A stretch of DNA of 64,000 nucleotides from Escherichia phage REP2, in the sequence record OQ174501.1. One strand, 5' to 3'. The notes beneath the pieces were generated by a model, which was not told the DNA's origin, did no database searches, and saw only the letters and a list, made by a program, of their open reading frames with translations. Each line of letters begins with the position of its first letter. Within the stretch, counting starts at the first letter, position 1. Made by a program: the position numbers and the translations under genes. This document shows, piece after piece, positions 46,093-55,710 of the stretch.

Positions 46093-46554
46093 ATGATTAT
46101 TAATGAAAACTCTTGGCACTATAAATTATTCAAACTGTTTAACGACGAATGGAAACGACCTAAGACACTGTGTGCATACTTTTGGTCTATTGTTATCCCT
46201 ACATTTTTCGTTTCTTTTTTCGGATGTACTATACTCGCAGGTCTAACTATTATCTGTGCAGAAATCATACAGAAATGGCTTATTTTTGGTAGTTTATGGA
46301 CTCTTCTTCCATCGGCATTTATACTTGCACTTTTGGTTGTTTTACTTATTATCGGTTCATTTGTTATTCCTGCACATTTGCGTGAAAAATATAAAGATTA
46401 TAAATGGAAAAAGGATTATGCTTTACACGTAGAAAATATTGATAGGGCGTATAAAGGTTTACCTCCTATTCAACCAAAGAAATCGGTTATCGTTGAATTT
46501 TTAAAAGCTCGTAAAGCTAAAGTATGTCCTGTTATTGAATATAAGGCTGAATGA
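46093..46554 (+). CDS. membrane protein
   Basis: 153 aa with 2-3 hydrophobic helices. Confidence 0.55.
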   Translation: MIINENSWHYKLFKLFNDEWKRPKTLCAYFWSIVIPTFFVSFFGCTILAGLTIICAEIIQKWLIFGSLWTLLPSAFILALLVVLLIIGSFVIPAHLREKYKDYKWKKDYALHVENIDRAYKGLPPIQPKKSVIVEFLKARKAKVCPVIEYKAE

Positions 46555-47564
46555 TGAAAACAGTAATGAAAAGCTATTTTGGTAGTCATCTTTATGGAAC
46601 TTCTACCCCAGAATCTGATGTAGATTTTAAAGAAATCTTTGTTCCTCCTGCTCGCGATATTCTTATCGGAAATGTTAAAGAGCATATGAGTAAAAACACT
46701 AACAACACATCATCTAAAAACACTAAAGATGATATTGACCATGAACTATACAGTCTTAAATATTTCTTTAAATTAGCAGCAGATGGTGAAACTGTAGCGT
46801 TAGATATGCTTCACACTCCACCTGAACTAGTGGTTAAATCTGATTTGCCTGATGTGTGGAAGTTTATTCAAGACAACCGTTCTCGTTTTTATACGACTAA
46901 CATGAAATCCTATTTAGGATATGTTCGCAAGCAAGCTTCTAAATACGGTGTCAAGGGTTCTCGTTTGGCTGCATTACGCGATGTATTGAAAGTAGTTAAT
47001 CAAATCCCCGAGCAATGGGTTGATTACCAAGAAGACGGTTCCATTAAGCAGCGTCGTACTAAAGTTGAAGATATTAAGCATCGTCTTCCAGAAAACGAAT
47101 TCTGTGAATGGGTGTTCCATAATCATGAGAAAACAGGTCCACAAACGTTCTACACAGTGTTGGGTCGTAAATATCAGACAACGCTTTCTCTTATTGAGCT
47201 TAAGCAGTCACTGAACAAATTAGATGCTGAATATGGTGAACGTGCTCGTAAGGCCGAAGCCAATGAAGGTATTGACTGGAAAGCTCTGAGTCATGCTTGT
47301 CGTGGTGGACTTCAACTATTGGAAATTTACAAAACTGGTGACTTGGTTTATCCACTCCAAGATGCTCCATTTATTCTCGACGTGAAGTTGGGTAAACATC
47401 CATTTAAAACAGTTCAAGAGTTTTTGGAAGATGTGGTCGATCAAGTAGAAGCAGCATCTACTGAAGCTTCTAAGAATGGTATGCCTAAAACAGTAGATAT
47501 GAGCTTTTGGAATAATTTCCTCGAACAGGTTTATCTTGAAAACCACCGAAGTTATTATAAATGA
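46551..47564 (+). CDS. nucleotidyltransferase-fold protein (Pol-beta/CD-NTase-like motif)
   Basis: 337 aa; N-terminal GSHLYGTSTPESDVDF (GS-x10-DxD) with a downstream acidic residue (DDIDHE). Confidence 0.55.
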   Translation: MMKTVMKSYFGSHLYGTSTPESDVDFKEIFVPPARDILIGNVKEHMSKNTNNTSSKNTKDDIDHELYSLKYFFKLAADGETVALDMLHTPPELVVKSDLPDVWKFIQDNRSRFYTTNMKSYLGYVRKQASKYGVKGSRLAALRDVLKVVNQIPEQWVDYQEDGSIKQRRTKVEDIKHRLPENEFCEWVFHNHEKTGPQTFYTVLGRKYQTTLSLIELKQSLNKLDAEYGERARKAEANEGIDWKALSHACRGGLQLLEIYKTGDLVYPLQDAPFILDVKLGKHPFKTVQEFLEDVVDQVEAASTEASKNGMPKTVDMSFWNNFLEQVYLENHRSYYK

Positions 47565-47565
47565 T

Positions 47566-47592
47566 AGGGAGCCTTCGGGCTCCCTTTTTTTA
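47566..47592 (+). terminator. rho-independent terminator
   Basis: AGGGAGCC-ttcg-GGCTCCCT followed by TTTTTTT. Confidence 0.8.
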
Positions 47593-47616
47593 TTTCAAAA
47601 ATTTTTTCACAAAATT

Positions 47617-47646
47617 GTTTACAAGCATAAAGCTTTATGGTACTAT
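47617..47646 (+). promoter_or_regulatory. T4-type early promoter
   Basis: GTTTAC-N18-TGGTACTAT, then ACAACTATCAACTGA leader. Confidence 0.75.
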
Positions 47647-47680
47647 ACAACTATCAACTGATACGGATTTGGAGAATAAA

Positions 47681-48649
47681 ATGAAAACTGTAACTATCAA
47701 TAAGGGTATCTACTTCGGTAAAGAAATCTCTGGAACTTTTGAGCTCTTAGGCGAATGGTTCCCAGATAATGCTCCAGTAGATGCACAAGGAGATGGTAAA
47801 GTTTTTGTTGAAATTGACGGTAAACGTCGCGGTGTTTGGGTTTACAAATCAGACATTTCATATGATGGTGTAAAAGTTGAAGAAGTTAAAGAAACGTATG
47901 AAGATATGAAAACCCGCATTAATAAAAGATTTAATGTTATGGGAATGATGACGAATGGTATTATTAACGGAAACATTCGTTCATTAATTATCTCTGGTGC
48001 GGCAGGCATTGGTAAAACGTATTCTTTAGATAAAGCTTTAAATAAAGCAAATGATATTGGATACATTGAATATAAAAGCATTAATGGTAAAATCTCTGGT
48101 ATTGGTCTTTATGAACAGCTTTGGAATAATCGTGAAGAGAATTCTGTCCTTTTGATTGATGATGTGGATGTTTTCTCTGATATGGACATTCTTAATCTTC
48201 TGAAAGCTGCTCTGGACACCGGAGAGACCCGTAAAGTCTGCTGGAGCACTGCGTCTTCTTACTTAGAAGAAAAAGGCATTGAGCGTGAGTTTGAATTTAA
48301 AGGAACGATTGTTTTTATCACAAACGTTGACATTGACCGCGAATTAGACCGTGGTACTAAACTTGCTCCACATTTACAAGCATTAGTGTCCCGCTCGGTT
48401 TATTTGGATTTGGGTGTTCACACTAATGAAGAAATTATGGTCAGGGTTGAAGATGTTATTCTTTCAACTGACATGATGCAAAAGCGCGGTCTTTCTGATG
48501 AAGAAACTTATAAAGCATTATCATGGATGAAAGTTAATGTTAATCGTTTACGCAATGTTTCACTGCGTACTGCTCTTTATCTTGCTGACTTTATTATGAC
48601 CGACAAAAACGGTTGGGAAGAAATTGCTGAGGTTACTCTTCTGAAATAA
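47681..48649 (+). CDS. P-loop (AAA-like) ATPase
   Basis: 322 aa from ATG after promoter and RBS; Walker A GAAGIGKT, Walker B LLIDDVD. Confidence 0.6.
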   Translation: MKTVTINKGIYFGKEISGTFELLGEWFPDNAPVDAQGDGKVFVEIDGKRRGVWVYKSDISYDGVKVEEVKETYEDMKTRINKRFNVMGMMTNGIINGNIRSLIISGAAGIGKTYSLDKALNKANDIGYIEYKSINGKISGIGLYEQLWNNREENSVLLIDDVDVFSDMDILNLLKAALDTGETRKVCWSTASSYLEEKGIEREFEFKGTIVFITNVDIDRELDRGTKLAPHLQALVSRSVYLDLGVHTNEEIMVRVEDVILSTDMMQKRGLSDEETYKALSWMKVNVNRLRNVSLRTALYLADFIMTDKNGWEEIAEVTLLK

Positions 48650-48747
48650 TTCATAAGAGGACTTCTATGACAAAAAGGCAGTTCAGAAATAGATTATATG
48701 GACTGCCATTAAAAAGATGACTAGAATTAAACTGGTAAATGGAGGTA

Positions 48748-49053
48748 ATGATGTTATACTCAAAGGCTCGTGAAATTTACGAAACTAAAATTAAAGAAGC
48801 AGTATTTCAGTTCGCAACAACGATGCGATGGACAAATGATTGGGAGTATTCAAAAAATCATAAGAAGCCCATGGTGACAAGAAAGGCTCATATGTTAGTG
48901 TTAATAGACCGTGAGCAGATTAAAGCCCGAGAAGCCCTCCAGAATCATAAAAAGGCTGCCTTTGAATGGTTTATGGATAACACCGCTCCTGAGACTAAGA
49001 AAGCAGTGAGCGCGTGGTTCAGTGGAAAAAATTGTGAAAGAAGTTTCTTTTAG
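48748..49053 (+). CDS. hypothetical protein
   Basis: about 101 aa, RBS GGAGG. Confidence 0.5.
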   Translation: MMLYSKAREIYETKIKEAVFQFATTMRWTNDWEYSKNHKKPMVTRKAHMLVLIDREQIKAREALQNHKKAAFEWFMDNTAPETKKAVSAWFSGKNCERSFF

Positions 49054-49055
49054 TG

Positions 49056-49085
49056 GTTTACAAGACCGTTCCTCTGTGGTACTAT
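49056..49085 (+). promoter_or_regulatory. T4-type early promoter
   Basis: GTTTAC-N18-TGGTACTAT, then ACAACTATCAACTAC leader. Confidence 0.75.
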
Positions 49086-49113
49086 ACAACTATCAACTAC
49101 GGAGGAACAGAAA

Positions 49114-49641
49114 ATGAACGCTAAAGATATTTTCAACTTGGTAAATTACAACGATGGTAAATTTAAATCTGAAGCACAAAGCAAGTTCTTTAATGACATC
49201 TCAATCGGAGGTGAAATCACTGTTGATGGAGGACAAATTTACAAATCCCGTTGGAATTGGATCGTTATTATCGATGAGATTGGTATTGTAGAAATTTACA
49301 AGAATACGAATAAAAATCGTACATTACACTGGTCTCGTGATACTAACGAACAGTACAAAAAGGATAAAGCATCTAAATTATCTCGTGTAACTCAAGAAGA
49401 TATTGAGTTCATCAAGAAAGATATTTTGATGTATGATAACTTAATTGCTGAAGAGCAAGTTGTTATTGATAAATTTGACGAGATTAAAGCTTCTCGTGAA
49501 ATTCCTGATTTTATGAAAGAATCAGTAAATGAACGATATACTCTCATTTCAGAGCGTATTGAAACTTACAAAAAGCAAAGAGCTGAACGCCAAAATACTC
49601 TTCGGAAGTTTGAAGAACGGTTAAAGACGGTACTCGCATAA
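49114..49641 (+). CDS. hypothetical protein
   Basis: 175 aa, charged C-terminal helix. Confidence 0.55.
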   Translation: MNAKDIFNLVNYNDGKFKSEAQSKFFNDISIGGEITVDGGQIYKSRWNWIVIIDEIGIVEIYKNTNKNRTLHWSRDTNEQYKKDKASKLSRVTQEDIEFIKKDILMYDNLIAEEQVVIDKFDEIKASREIPDFMKESVNERYTLISERIETYKKQRAERQNTLRKFEERLKTVLA

Positions 49642-49696
49642 CCGCTTTATACCAAGGATGGTATAATGGTTCTAAGCCCTTTTAATTGAGATTATT

Positions 49697-50101
49697 ATGA
49701 AACAGTTGATAATTAAAAGATTGAATTTATTGATATGTTGTTTATGCGTAGTAATTGCATATGGTTATTACGCAATTAATGATTATATGCATTATAAAGA
49801 TTATGATGTTACTGTAGTTAATACCTTTACAGGAACTCAAGGAAAGGGGTCTAGTTTATCGTTTATTGCTGTATATGAACTTAAAGACGGTTATAGATTT
49901 AGCGAATATATTTCACCAGAGATGTATTCATCAATAGAAAAAGGCGATAATATTACTGTAAGTTTACGTCCTTTCGACGTAAAACAGACATGGTTTGATA
50001 ATATTGTTTGGTTCTTTGGAATGGTATTAGTTCAATCTGTATGCGGTGCTTATATAGTTTTTTCCATCATATTCTGCGTATTTAGTAAAATTGAAAATTG
50101 A
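49697..50101 (+). CDS. membrane protein
   Basis: 134 aa, N- and C-terminal TM helices. Confidence 0.55.
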   Translation: MKQLIIKRLNLLICCLCVVIAYGYYAINDYMHYKDYDVTVVNTFTGTQGKGSSLSFIAVYELKDGYRFSEYISPEMYSSIEKGDNITVSLRPFDVKQTWFDNIVWFFGMVLVQSVCGAYIVFSIIFCVFSKIEN

Positions 50102-50112
50102 GTGAGGAAAAT

Positions 50113-51000
50113 ATGTCAGTAGTAATTAATAATGTCAATGCAGTAATTAAATCTTTAGTTAATAAAAAATTGAATGAATGGACTGTACTTCGTCGTGGAG
50201 AGCCAGATAAATTTTTTCATAGATTTAACCCAACTTTAGATTTGAATGTTATTGACAGAGATGTTCATGCAGAAATTTTAGATAAGTTTAAAGTTGATAT
50301 TGGATTTGGATTAGAAAAACATTTACAGCGAACAAACGGGTCTGGAATGGGTTTATCTAATCGCATTATGAAAGCCCTTAATAAAATTGGAGCATTGTCT
50401 CGTATTAATGCAAGTGAAATTCTTCGCAATTATAATAAAGGCTATGATCTTTACGGTCGACTAATGCCGAAATTATCATTTGACCAAATGATCGCAGATT
50501 TGTGGGAAAATCAACGACGATTATTAGCATTAGGCGCTCGATTAGCTAAAGGTCTAGATAAACAAATGATTTTTAAGACCAATAATACAGAAGACCTTAA
50601 ATGCTTTAAATTTAGTATTCGCGGCGATGATTATTATATCAGAGCTCGCTCTACTGATTATGTTAATATGGGGCATCATCTCTGTTTAGCTTTTGAAGTT
50701 TTAAAAGAAGCCGGAACATTAGAATATGTGTCTGGTGCAAAATGCCCTATTGGTTCAAGTTGTATTTTAATTTATCGCCCGGATGAATCCAGTTCAACTA
50801 CATTGCCTACGAAACCTGTACCAGTTCGTAGTAACGAAAAACATTCTGAACAAATTGATTATTTTAATAAACAGATTGAAGAACTGAATATTTCTATTCA
50901 ACAATATGATGATGAAATTTTCAGACTATCTGGACTGAGTAGTAAAGCTAAATCTGAGCGTGAAAAGTTAATTAAAATTGTCGATTTACTTAAATCTTAA
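50113..51000 (+). CDS. paralogue family protein 1 (coiled-coil tail)
   Basis: 295 aa; WENQRRLLALGARLAKG motif; C-terminal heptad coiled coil. Confidence 0.55.
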   Translation: MSVVINNVNAVIKSLVNKKLNEWTVLRRGEPDKFFHRFNPTLDLNVIDRDVHAEILDKFKVDIGFGLEKHLQRTNGSGMGLSNRIMKALNKIGALSRINASEILRNYNKGYDLYGRLMPKLSFDQMIADLWENQRRLLALGARLAKGLDKQMIFKTNNTEDLKCFKFSIRGDDYYIRARSTDYVNMGHHLCLAFEVLKEAGTLEYVSGAKCPIGSSCILIYRPDESSSTTLPTKPVPVRSNEKHSEQIDYFNKQIEELNISIQQYDDEIFRLSGLSSKAKSEREKLIKIVDLLKS

Positions 51001-51008
51001 GGAACACC

Positions 51009-52028
51009 ATGAAAACTCGTTCTCAAATTGAAGATATGGTTCGTAATGCCAGCTATACTCGTGATGTTATGACATTTTTGTGCCAAAATAATTTAGACCC
51101 TGATAAAGTTAATCGTGATATTCACTTTAAGTATATGAATAGCAGTGAATGGTTACGTCATTTTAATGAAGCAGGGTATATTACTCAAATGACTGCTCGT
51201 GAGCAGCTCACCGATTTCTGTAAAACTATTGATTATAAAAATCCTCTATTTGTTCAAGGCGTTGGTCAAAGTAAGGTCGATTTATCATCTGGATTTTTCA
51301 ATCCAAATCATTATCGTATTGAATGGAGATTTATTGCTCTATTCCGTAGACAATTAAAGCAAATTTTGTCTACTGCTAGTCGATTAAAAGGTTCTGATAT
51401 TAACTTAAAGAATCTTAAATTTGATGGTTATACTCTTCAGATGGAAGTAAGACCATTAAAAGAAAATAATAGAACTGCACGAATTAGCTTTAAACCTAAT
51501 ACAAAAAATTCTCTTTCAATTTGTGAATGCCTTAAATCGCAGTTGACAGAAGCATTTAAGTATATGGATGTTGTTGCTGCTGTTCAGTCTAAGATTTCAC
51601 AGCATTTCGAACGATTTAAATTAGACACAACAGCGTATGAACTTGATATGATCGTTTCATTTAAATATGAATTTTTGAGAAAAGATGAAGTCCCGCAAGA
51701 GAAAAAGCAGGAAGTGCAAGATAACTTAAATTTATCCAATTACTTATCAAACGATCCTAAATTTTGGATGTATAGTTCAGGTAATAAAGATGCATGGAAA
51801 TTTAATAAAGTGAATTTTCTTCCTATTGAAAATCCGAGTCTTAAACCTGTTGAAAAATGGCATGCAGATGCGATTGAGAAGTCTATCAAGGCAGTAGATG
51901 ATGAACTCGTTAAAGCAACTAATGAAGTGCTAGAAGCTGAAAAGATGTTGGAAAAAGCTCAAGAAAAAGTCAAAAATCTTACGAAGCAACGTTCTAAACT
52001 GAACAATGCACTAAATGCACTGAACTAG
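51009..52028 (+). CDS. paralogue family protein 2 (coiled-coil tail)
   Basis: 339 aa; MKTRSQIED start; RFIALFRRQLKQILSTASRLKG; C-terminal coiled coil. Confidence 0.6.
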   Translation: MKTRSQIEDMVRNASYTRDVMTFLCQNNLDPDKVNRDIHFKYMNSSEWLRHFNEAGYITQMTAREQLTDFCKTIDYKNPLFVQGVGQSKVDLSSGFFNPNHYRIEWRFIALFRRQLKQILSTASRLKGSDINLKNLKFDGYTLQMEVRPLKENNRTARISFKPNTKNSLSICECLKSQLTEAFKYMDVVAAVQSKISQHFERFKLDTTAYELDMIVSFKYEFLRKDEVPQEKKQEVQDNLNLSNYLSNDPKFWMYSSGNKDAWKFNKVNFLPIENPSLKPVEKWHADAIEKSIKAVDDELVKATNEVLEAEKMLEKAQEKVKNLTKQRSKLNNALNALN

Positions 52029-52057
52029 TTTACATTGCCACAAGGATGTGGTATAAT
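52028..52057 (+). promoter_or_regulatory. T4-type early promoter
   Basis: GTTTAC-N18-TGGTATAAT. Confidence 0.75.
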
Positions 52058-52085
52058 GTTCTTACTTTCTACTGAGGAGATTATT

Positions 52086-53087
52086 ATGACTCGTAACGAA
52101 TATATCAAATCATTCAATAGCGTTATTGATGATAAAGCTATACCGATGTTTGGTCAAAATATCGTTCTTTCTATTATCAATCAATGGCTCAATAGTGTTG
52201 ATGCAAGTATTGTTTCTTCTACTAAATTTATTCATGAAATTCGTAAAATTTCTAGCCGTGTAGATAAAGATGTTATCAAGAAAACCTTTAAAGAGTCTCG
52301 TCTTCTTTCATATTTGGTTAATCGGGATATTCTTGGTAATTTTGGGAAAGAAATTAAACGAACCAAAGATGTAGTAGGATATAATTGGTTCGGTGATGTT
52401 AATTCTTATCATCTTAATAATAAAGAAGACCCTGAGAATATTTTTACTCGTCGTTGGATTAGTAATTTCAGACTTTTCAAAGGACAGATTCTAAAATCAG
52501 CTTCTAAATTATGTTATGGCGATTATCGTCAAATTCATCCTTTGGCTTCTGATATGATTATCATAAAAGAATATGAACTTGATAAAAATAAAGTATCTAT
52601 TTTTGTGAATTATGGATTTTTTACACCAAACGCTAACCAAAAGAACATTAATAAATTTTTCTCAATTGCTAGCACTATAACTCGTCAGTTAGAGACTGCA
52701 TTACTTTGTATGGAAACAGTAGAAAATATTCATACATATCCTTTTAAGAATATATGCGGATGGGAAGGATATAAAATTGTAATTAGTCTTCGTGAAGTGA
52801 AATGTGCTTATTCACCTACTGATAAAGAAATTTATCAACAAAAATGTGAGGAAATTGTGAATACTCCTAAAGAAGAAACTACCCTTGAGGAACTAATGGA
52901 TAATCTTGATGATTCGCCTGAACCGGCAGAAATTCGTCCAGAAGTTATTGCACTAGAAAAAGCTTATAAAGAAGTTCTAGAAATTTCTAATAAAGCGCAG
53001 AAAGAATATGAGCAGGCTAAAAGGATTTGGGAAGAATCTGTTAATCGTCTTGATCGTTTGGAACAAGCTTTACAGTTAATTAAGTAA
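52086..53087 (+). CDS. paralogue family protein 3 (coiled-coil tail)
   Basis: 333 aa; MTRNEYIKS start; RWISNFRLFKGQILKSASKL; C-terminal coiled coil. Confidence 0.6.
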   Translation: MTRNEYIKSFNSVIDDKAIPMFGQNIVLSIINQWLNSVDASIVSSTKFIHEIRKISSRVDKDVIKKTFKESRLLSYLVNRDILGNFGKEIKRTKDVVGYNWFGDVNSYHLNNKEDPENIFTRRWISNFRLFKGQILKSASKLCYGDYRQIHPLASDMIIIKEYELDKNKVSIFVNYGFFTPNANQKNINKFFSIASTITRQLETALLCMETVENIHTYPFKNICGWEGYKIVISLREVKCAYSPTDKEIYQQKCEEIVNTPKEETTLEELMDNLDDSPEPAEIRPEVIALEKAYKEVLEISNKAQKEYEQAKRIWEESVNRLDRLEQALQLIK

Positions 53088-53139
53088 TTTAAAGCCAAGG
53101 ATGGCTCGGAGTATAAACCATTAACCAAGTGAGAAGAAT

Positions 53140-54063
53140 ATGAAAACTCGTAAACATTATATTGATTATTTTGACAGTCTTATTACTAAACACCGTAATT
53201 ATCAGATCGGACACAGAGCAGTAATCAATAATATTCTTCGTGATTTTTTAGACTATATTGGATGGGAAAACCATATTTGTAAAGATACACAAAATGCGTA
53301 TTCACATTCTCTTGGTTCTTTGCTCGAGTGGTTCAAACGTTCCCGATTACTATCTTCTGTGATAGCTGTTAATAATGTTAAAAAATTTATGTATCCAAGC
53401 TACATTGAGACTAATGTATCAAATGCTAATGTTGTTACATTTAATATTATTAATGACGTGAAAAGAACTTATTTAGAAGAATGGTTTTCTAAAAATAGTA
53501 AAGAAAAATTTGCTAGTGAGTTTTCACACGAATTTAATAATAATGTGAATATGCTTTTTAAGCATTCTCGTAGACTGTTTTGTCATGGCGATGACCGTAC
53601 TATTAATGTAAATGTAAAAGATTGGGTTACGGCTAAATTCATTCCATCGCAGAATGGACCAGTTGAATTGTCAATTATTGTTTGTGCTCCACATGAAATA
53701 TATAAAAATCTTCCATATATGAAACCATGCGAAGCTAATAAACATAATAAAACGATTCGTTCTTTGACTTATAATCTTCGTACGTTATTGTCTAAAATGG
53801 ACGTAGTTGAATCCTTTGATGATAATACGAATTATGGTCTTTCACTGTTTGAAACTAAAATTGTTATTAAGTTAAAGGACCCTAGTAAATTTAAACCTAC
53901 ACCAAAGCCCAATCATGGGAATGATACTATGAAAGAAGAACGCGAATATCTCAGTGCTCGTTTGATTGAAGTTGAAAAACAGATTGAAGAGCATACTAAA
54001 GTTCTTAAGGCTTTAACAGCCAAAGCAAATGGTTTACGTGATGCTATTGAGGTACTGAAATGA
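53140..54063 (+). CDS. paralogue family protein 4 (coiled-coil tail)
   Basis: 307 aa; MKTRKHYIDY start; C-terminal coiled coil. Confidence 0.55.
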   Translation: MKTRKHYIDYFDSLITKHRNYQIGHRAVINNILRDFLDYIGWENHICKDTQNAYSHSLGSLLEWFKRSRLLSSVIAVNNVKKFMYPSYIETNVSNANVVTFNIINDVKRTYLEEWFSKNSKEKFASEFSHEFNNNVNMLFKHSRRLFCHGDDRTINVNVKDWVTAKFIPSQNGPVELSIIVCAPHEIYKNLPYMKPCEANKHNKTIRSLTYNLRTLLSKMDVVESFDDNTNYGLSLFETKIVIKLKDPSKFKPTPKPNHGNDTMKEEREYLSARLIEVEKQIEEHTKVLKALTAKANGLRDAIEVLK

Positions 54064-54377
54064 AAAAGCGTTTATTAGAAGATATTGCAGCTTCAAGTAA
54101 TTCCAGTCTAATTAAAATTATTATGGCTGGTGAGGAAGATGATATGGAAATGCGTGGAAAGATTCACGGCTGCGACGATTTAGATTTTAAACCTCCAGCA
54201 TGGGATGCTATTATGGCTATGGTTGAACGACGTGAAAGAGCTTCTAAAAACGTTCCTAATTGCCCTGAGTGTGGAACTGAACAGGTGCAATTGGTCCATT
54301 GGCAGACTAATAATCTTCGTTATAAATGTCGTCATTGTAAACGCCGATTTGACCGAGAAGAAAATGACAAAGCGTAA
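54060..54377 (+). CDS. zinc-ribbon protein
   Basis: 105 aa; CPECG...CRHC. Confidence 0.5.
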   Translation: MKKRLLEDIAASSNSSLIKIIMAGEEDDMEMRGKIHGCDDLDFKPPAWDAIMAMVERRERASKNVPNCPECGTEQVQLVHWQTNNLRYKCRHCKRRFDREENDKA

Positions 54378-54606
54378 AGAATATATGGAGGCTGCTGAAA
54401 AGGCAGTCCGTGAATTAGCAATAGCTTATTATAATGAACATGGTAAATTTCCTGATAGATACAGCGTGCTTAAATCAGCTTTAACTCGTTCATATAAAAA
54501 TATGCTATCAGAAGTAAGTGATATTATATACAAACATAAAGAACAAACGGGCCAAAGTCTTGATTACGACGAGACTTTTAAACAAGTACTAGGAATTAAG
54601 GAATAA
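54364..54606 (+). CDS. hypothetical protein
   Basis: 80 aa from internal ATG of the track ORF. Confidence 0.5.
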   Translation: MTKRKEYMEAAEKAVRELAIAYYNEHGKFPDRYSVLKSALTRSYKNMLSEVSDIIYKHKEQTGQSLDYDETFKQVLGIKE

Positions 54607-54607
54607 T

Positions 54608-54871
54608 ATGTTTAAAGTATATGGTTATGATAGCAACATTCATAAATGTGTGTATTGCGATAATGCAAAACGTCTTTTGACCGTGAAGAAACAGCCGTTT
54701 GAATTTATCAACATTATGCCGGAAAAAGGTGTTTTTGATGATGAGAAAATCGCTGAGCTTCTGACTAAACTAGGTCGTGATACTCAAATCGGCTTGACAA
54801 TGCCCCAGGTATTTGCTCCTGATGGAAGTCATATTGGTGGATTTGACCAACTGCGAGAATATTTTAAATGA
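54608..54871 (+). CDS. nrdC: thioredoxin/glutaredoxin NrdC
   Basis: 87 aa MFKVYGYDSNIHKCVYCDNAKRLL... with CVYC redox motif; matches remembered T4 NrdC. Confidence 0.9.
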   Translation: MFKVYGYDSNIHKCVYCDNAKRLLTVKKQPFEFINIMPEKGVFDDEKIAELLTKLGRDTQIGLTMPQVFAPDGSHIGGFDQLREYFK

Positions 54872-55083
54872 TGCTCGAAGGAACTGACTATATTCACGAT
54901 TACCGCGGAAGCGCGGTATATGTAGGTGATGAAGTTGCAGTTTATTATGGGTATGGAACTTTGATGACAGCCAAGGTTATTCAAATTAAAAATAATCGTG
55001 CTAAACTCGAAGTTTATTATTCTAATGGCGAAAAGTCTATTTCTAAGTGGAAATACGGCGATTGCATGGTCAAACTGGGGTAA
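54868..55083 (+). CDS. hypothetical protein
   Basis: 71-aa ORF. Confidence 0.5.
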   Translation: MMLEGTDYIHDYRGSAVYVGDEVAVYYGYGTLMTAKVIQIKNNRAKLEVYYSNGEKSISKWKYGDCMVKLG

Positions 55084-55085
55084 AT

Positions 55086-55256
55086 ATGATTTACGATATT
55101 AATGTAGCAAGAGCTCCGTCAATGGTTACTATTCCTGCTGAAGAACTAGATCGTCTTCAGAAAATTGAAGAACTTCTTTGGGAAATTGAATGTGACCTGC
55201 CATCAGGACTAGAATCCTGGATTGATGATGAAGAACTTAATAAATTGCGAAATTAA
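55086..55256 (+). CDS. hypothetical protein
   Basis: 56 aa from first ATG. Confidence 0.4.
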   Translation: MIYDINVARAPSMVTIPAEELDRLQKIEELLWEIECDLPSGLESWIDDEELNKLRN

Positions 55257-55266
55257 TTGGTGAAAA

Positions 55267-55587
55267 ATGACTATTGAAAATAAATTAGATGTTGATGCAG
55301 TTCTGAGCGAAATCATTGAAGACCATGATGCATTTTCGGAAAACTATGATTTCGATTTTTCCGACTATCTTAAACCTATCGAAATAGAAGACTGGGTGCA
55401 AGATGGTAAATGCCAATATCGTCAGTGTGTTTACTTTAGTCCAAAACATAATGTACATGTAGCGGTAAATGAATCTCGGTCAGGTTCTTATCATTCTGAT
55501 TGGTATTATGCAGTTCCGACTGTTGAACTAGTCGAGCCCCATGAACGTGTAGTAACTCAGACAGTACGAGAATGGATTACGCTATAA
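55267..55587 (+). CDS. hypothetical protein
   Basis: 106-aa acidic ORF. Confidence 0.5.
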   Translation: MTIENKLDVDAVLSEIIEDHDAFSENYDFDFSDYLKPIEIEDWVQDGKCQYRQCVYFSPKHNVHVAVNESRSGSYHSDWYYAVPTVELVEPHERVVTQTVREWITL

Positions 55588-55710
55588 AACCTTGGTGGGC
55601 GGCTAGATGGGAAACTGTAGAGCCAGAGCCGGAAGAACCGGTTTACACTGATGAAGAAACAATATATAATGAACCAACGATAAATGACTTAATTGATATG
55701 GAGATGGGAC

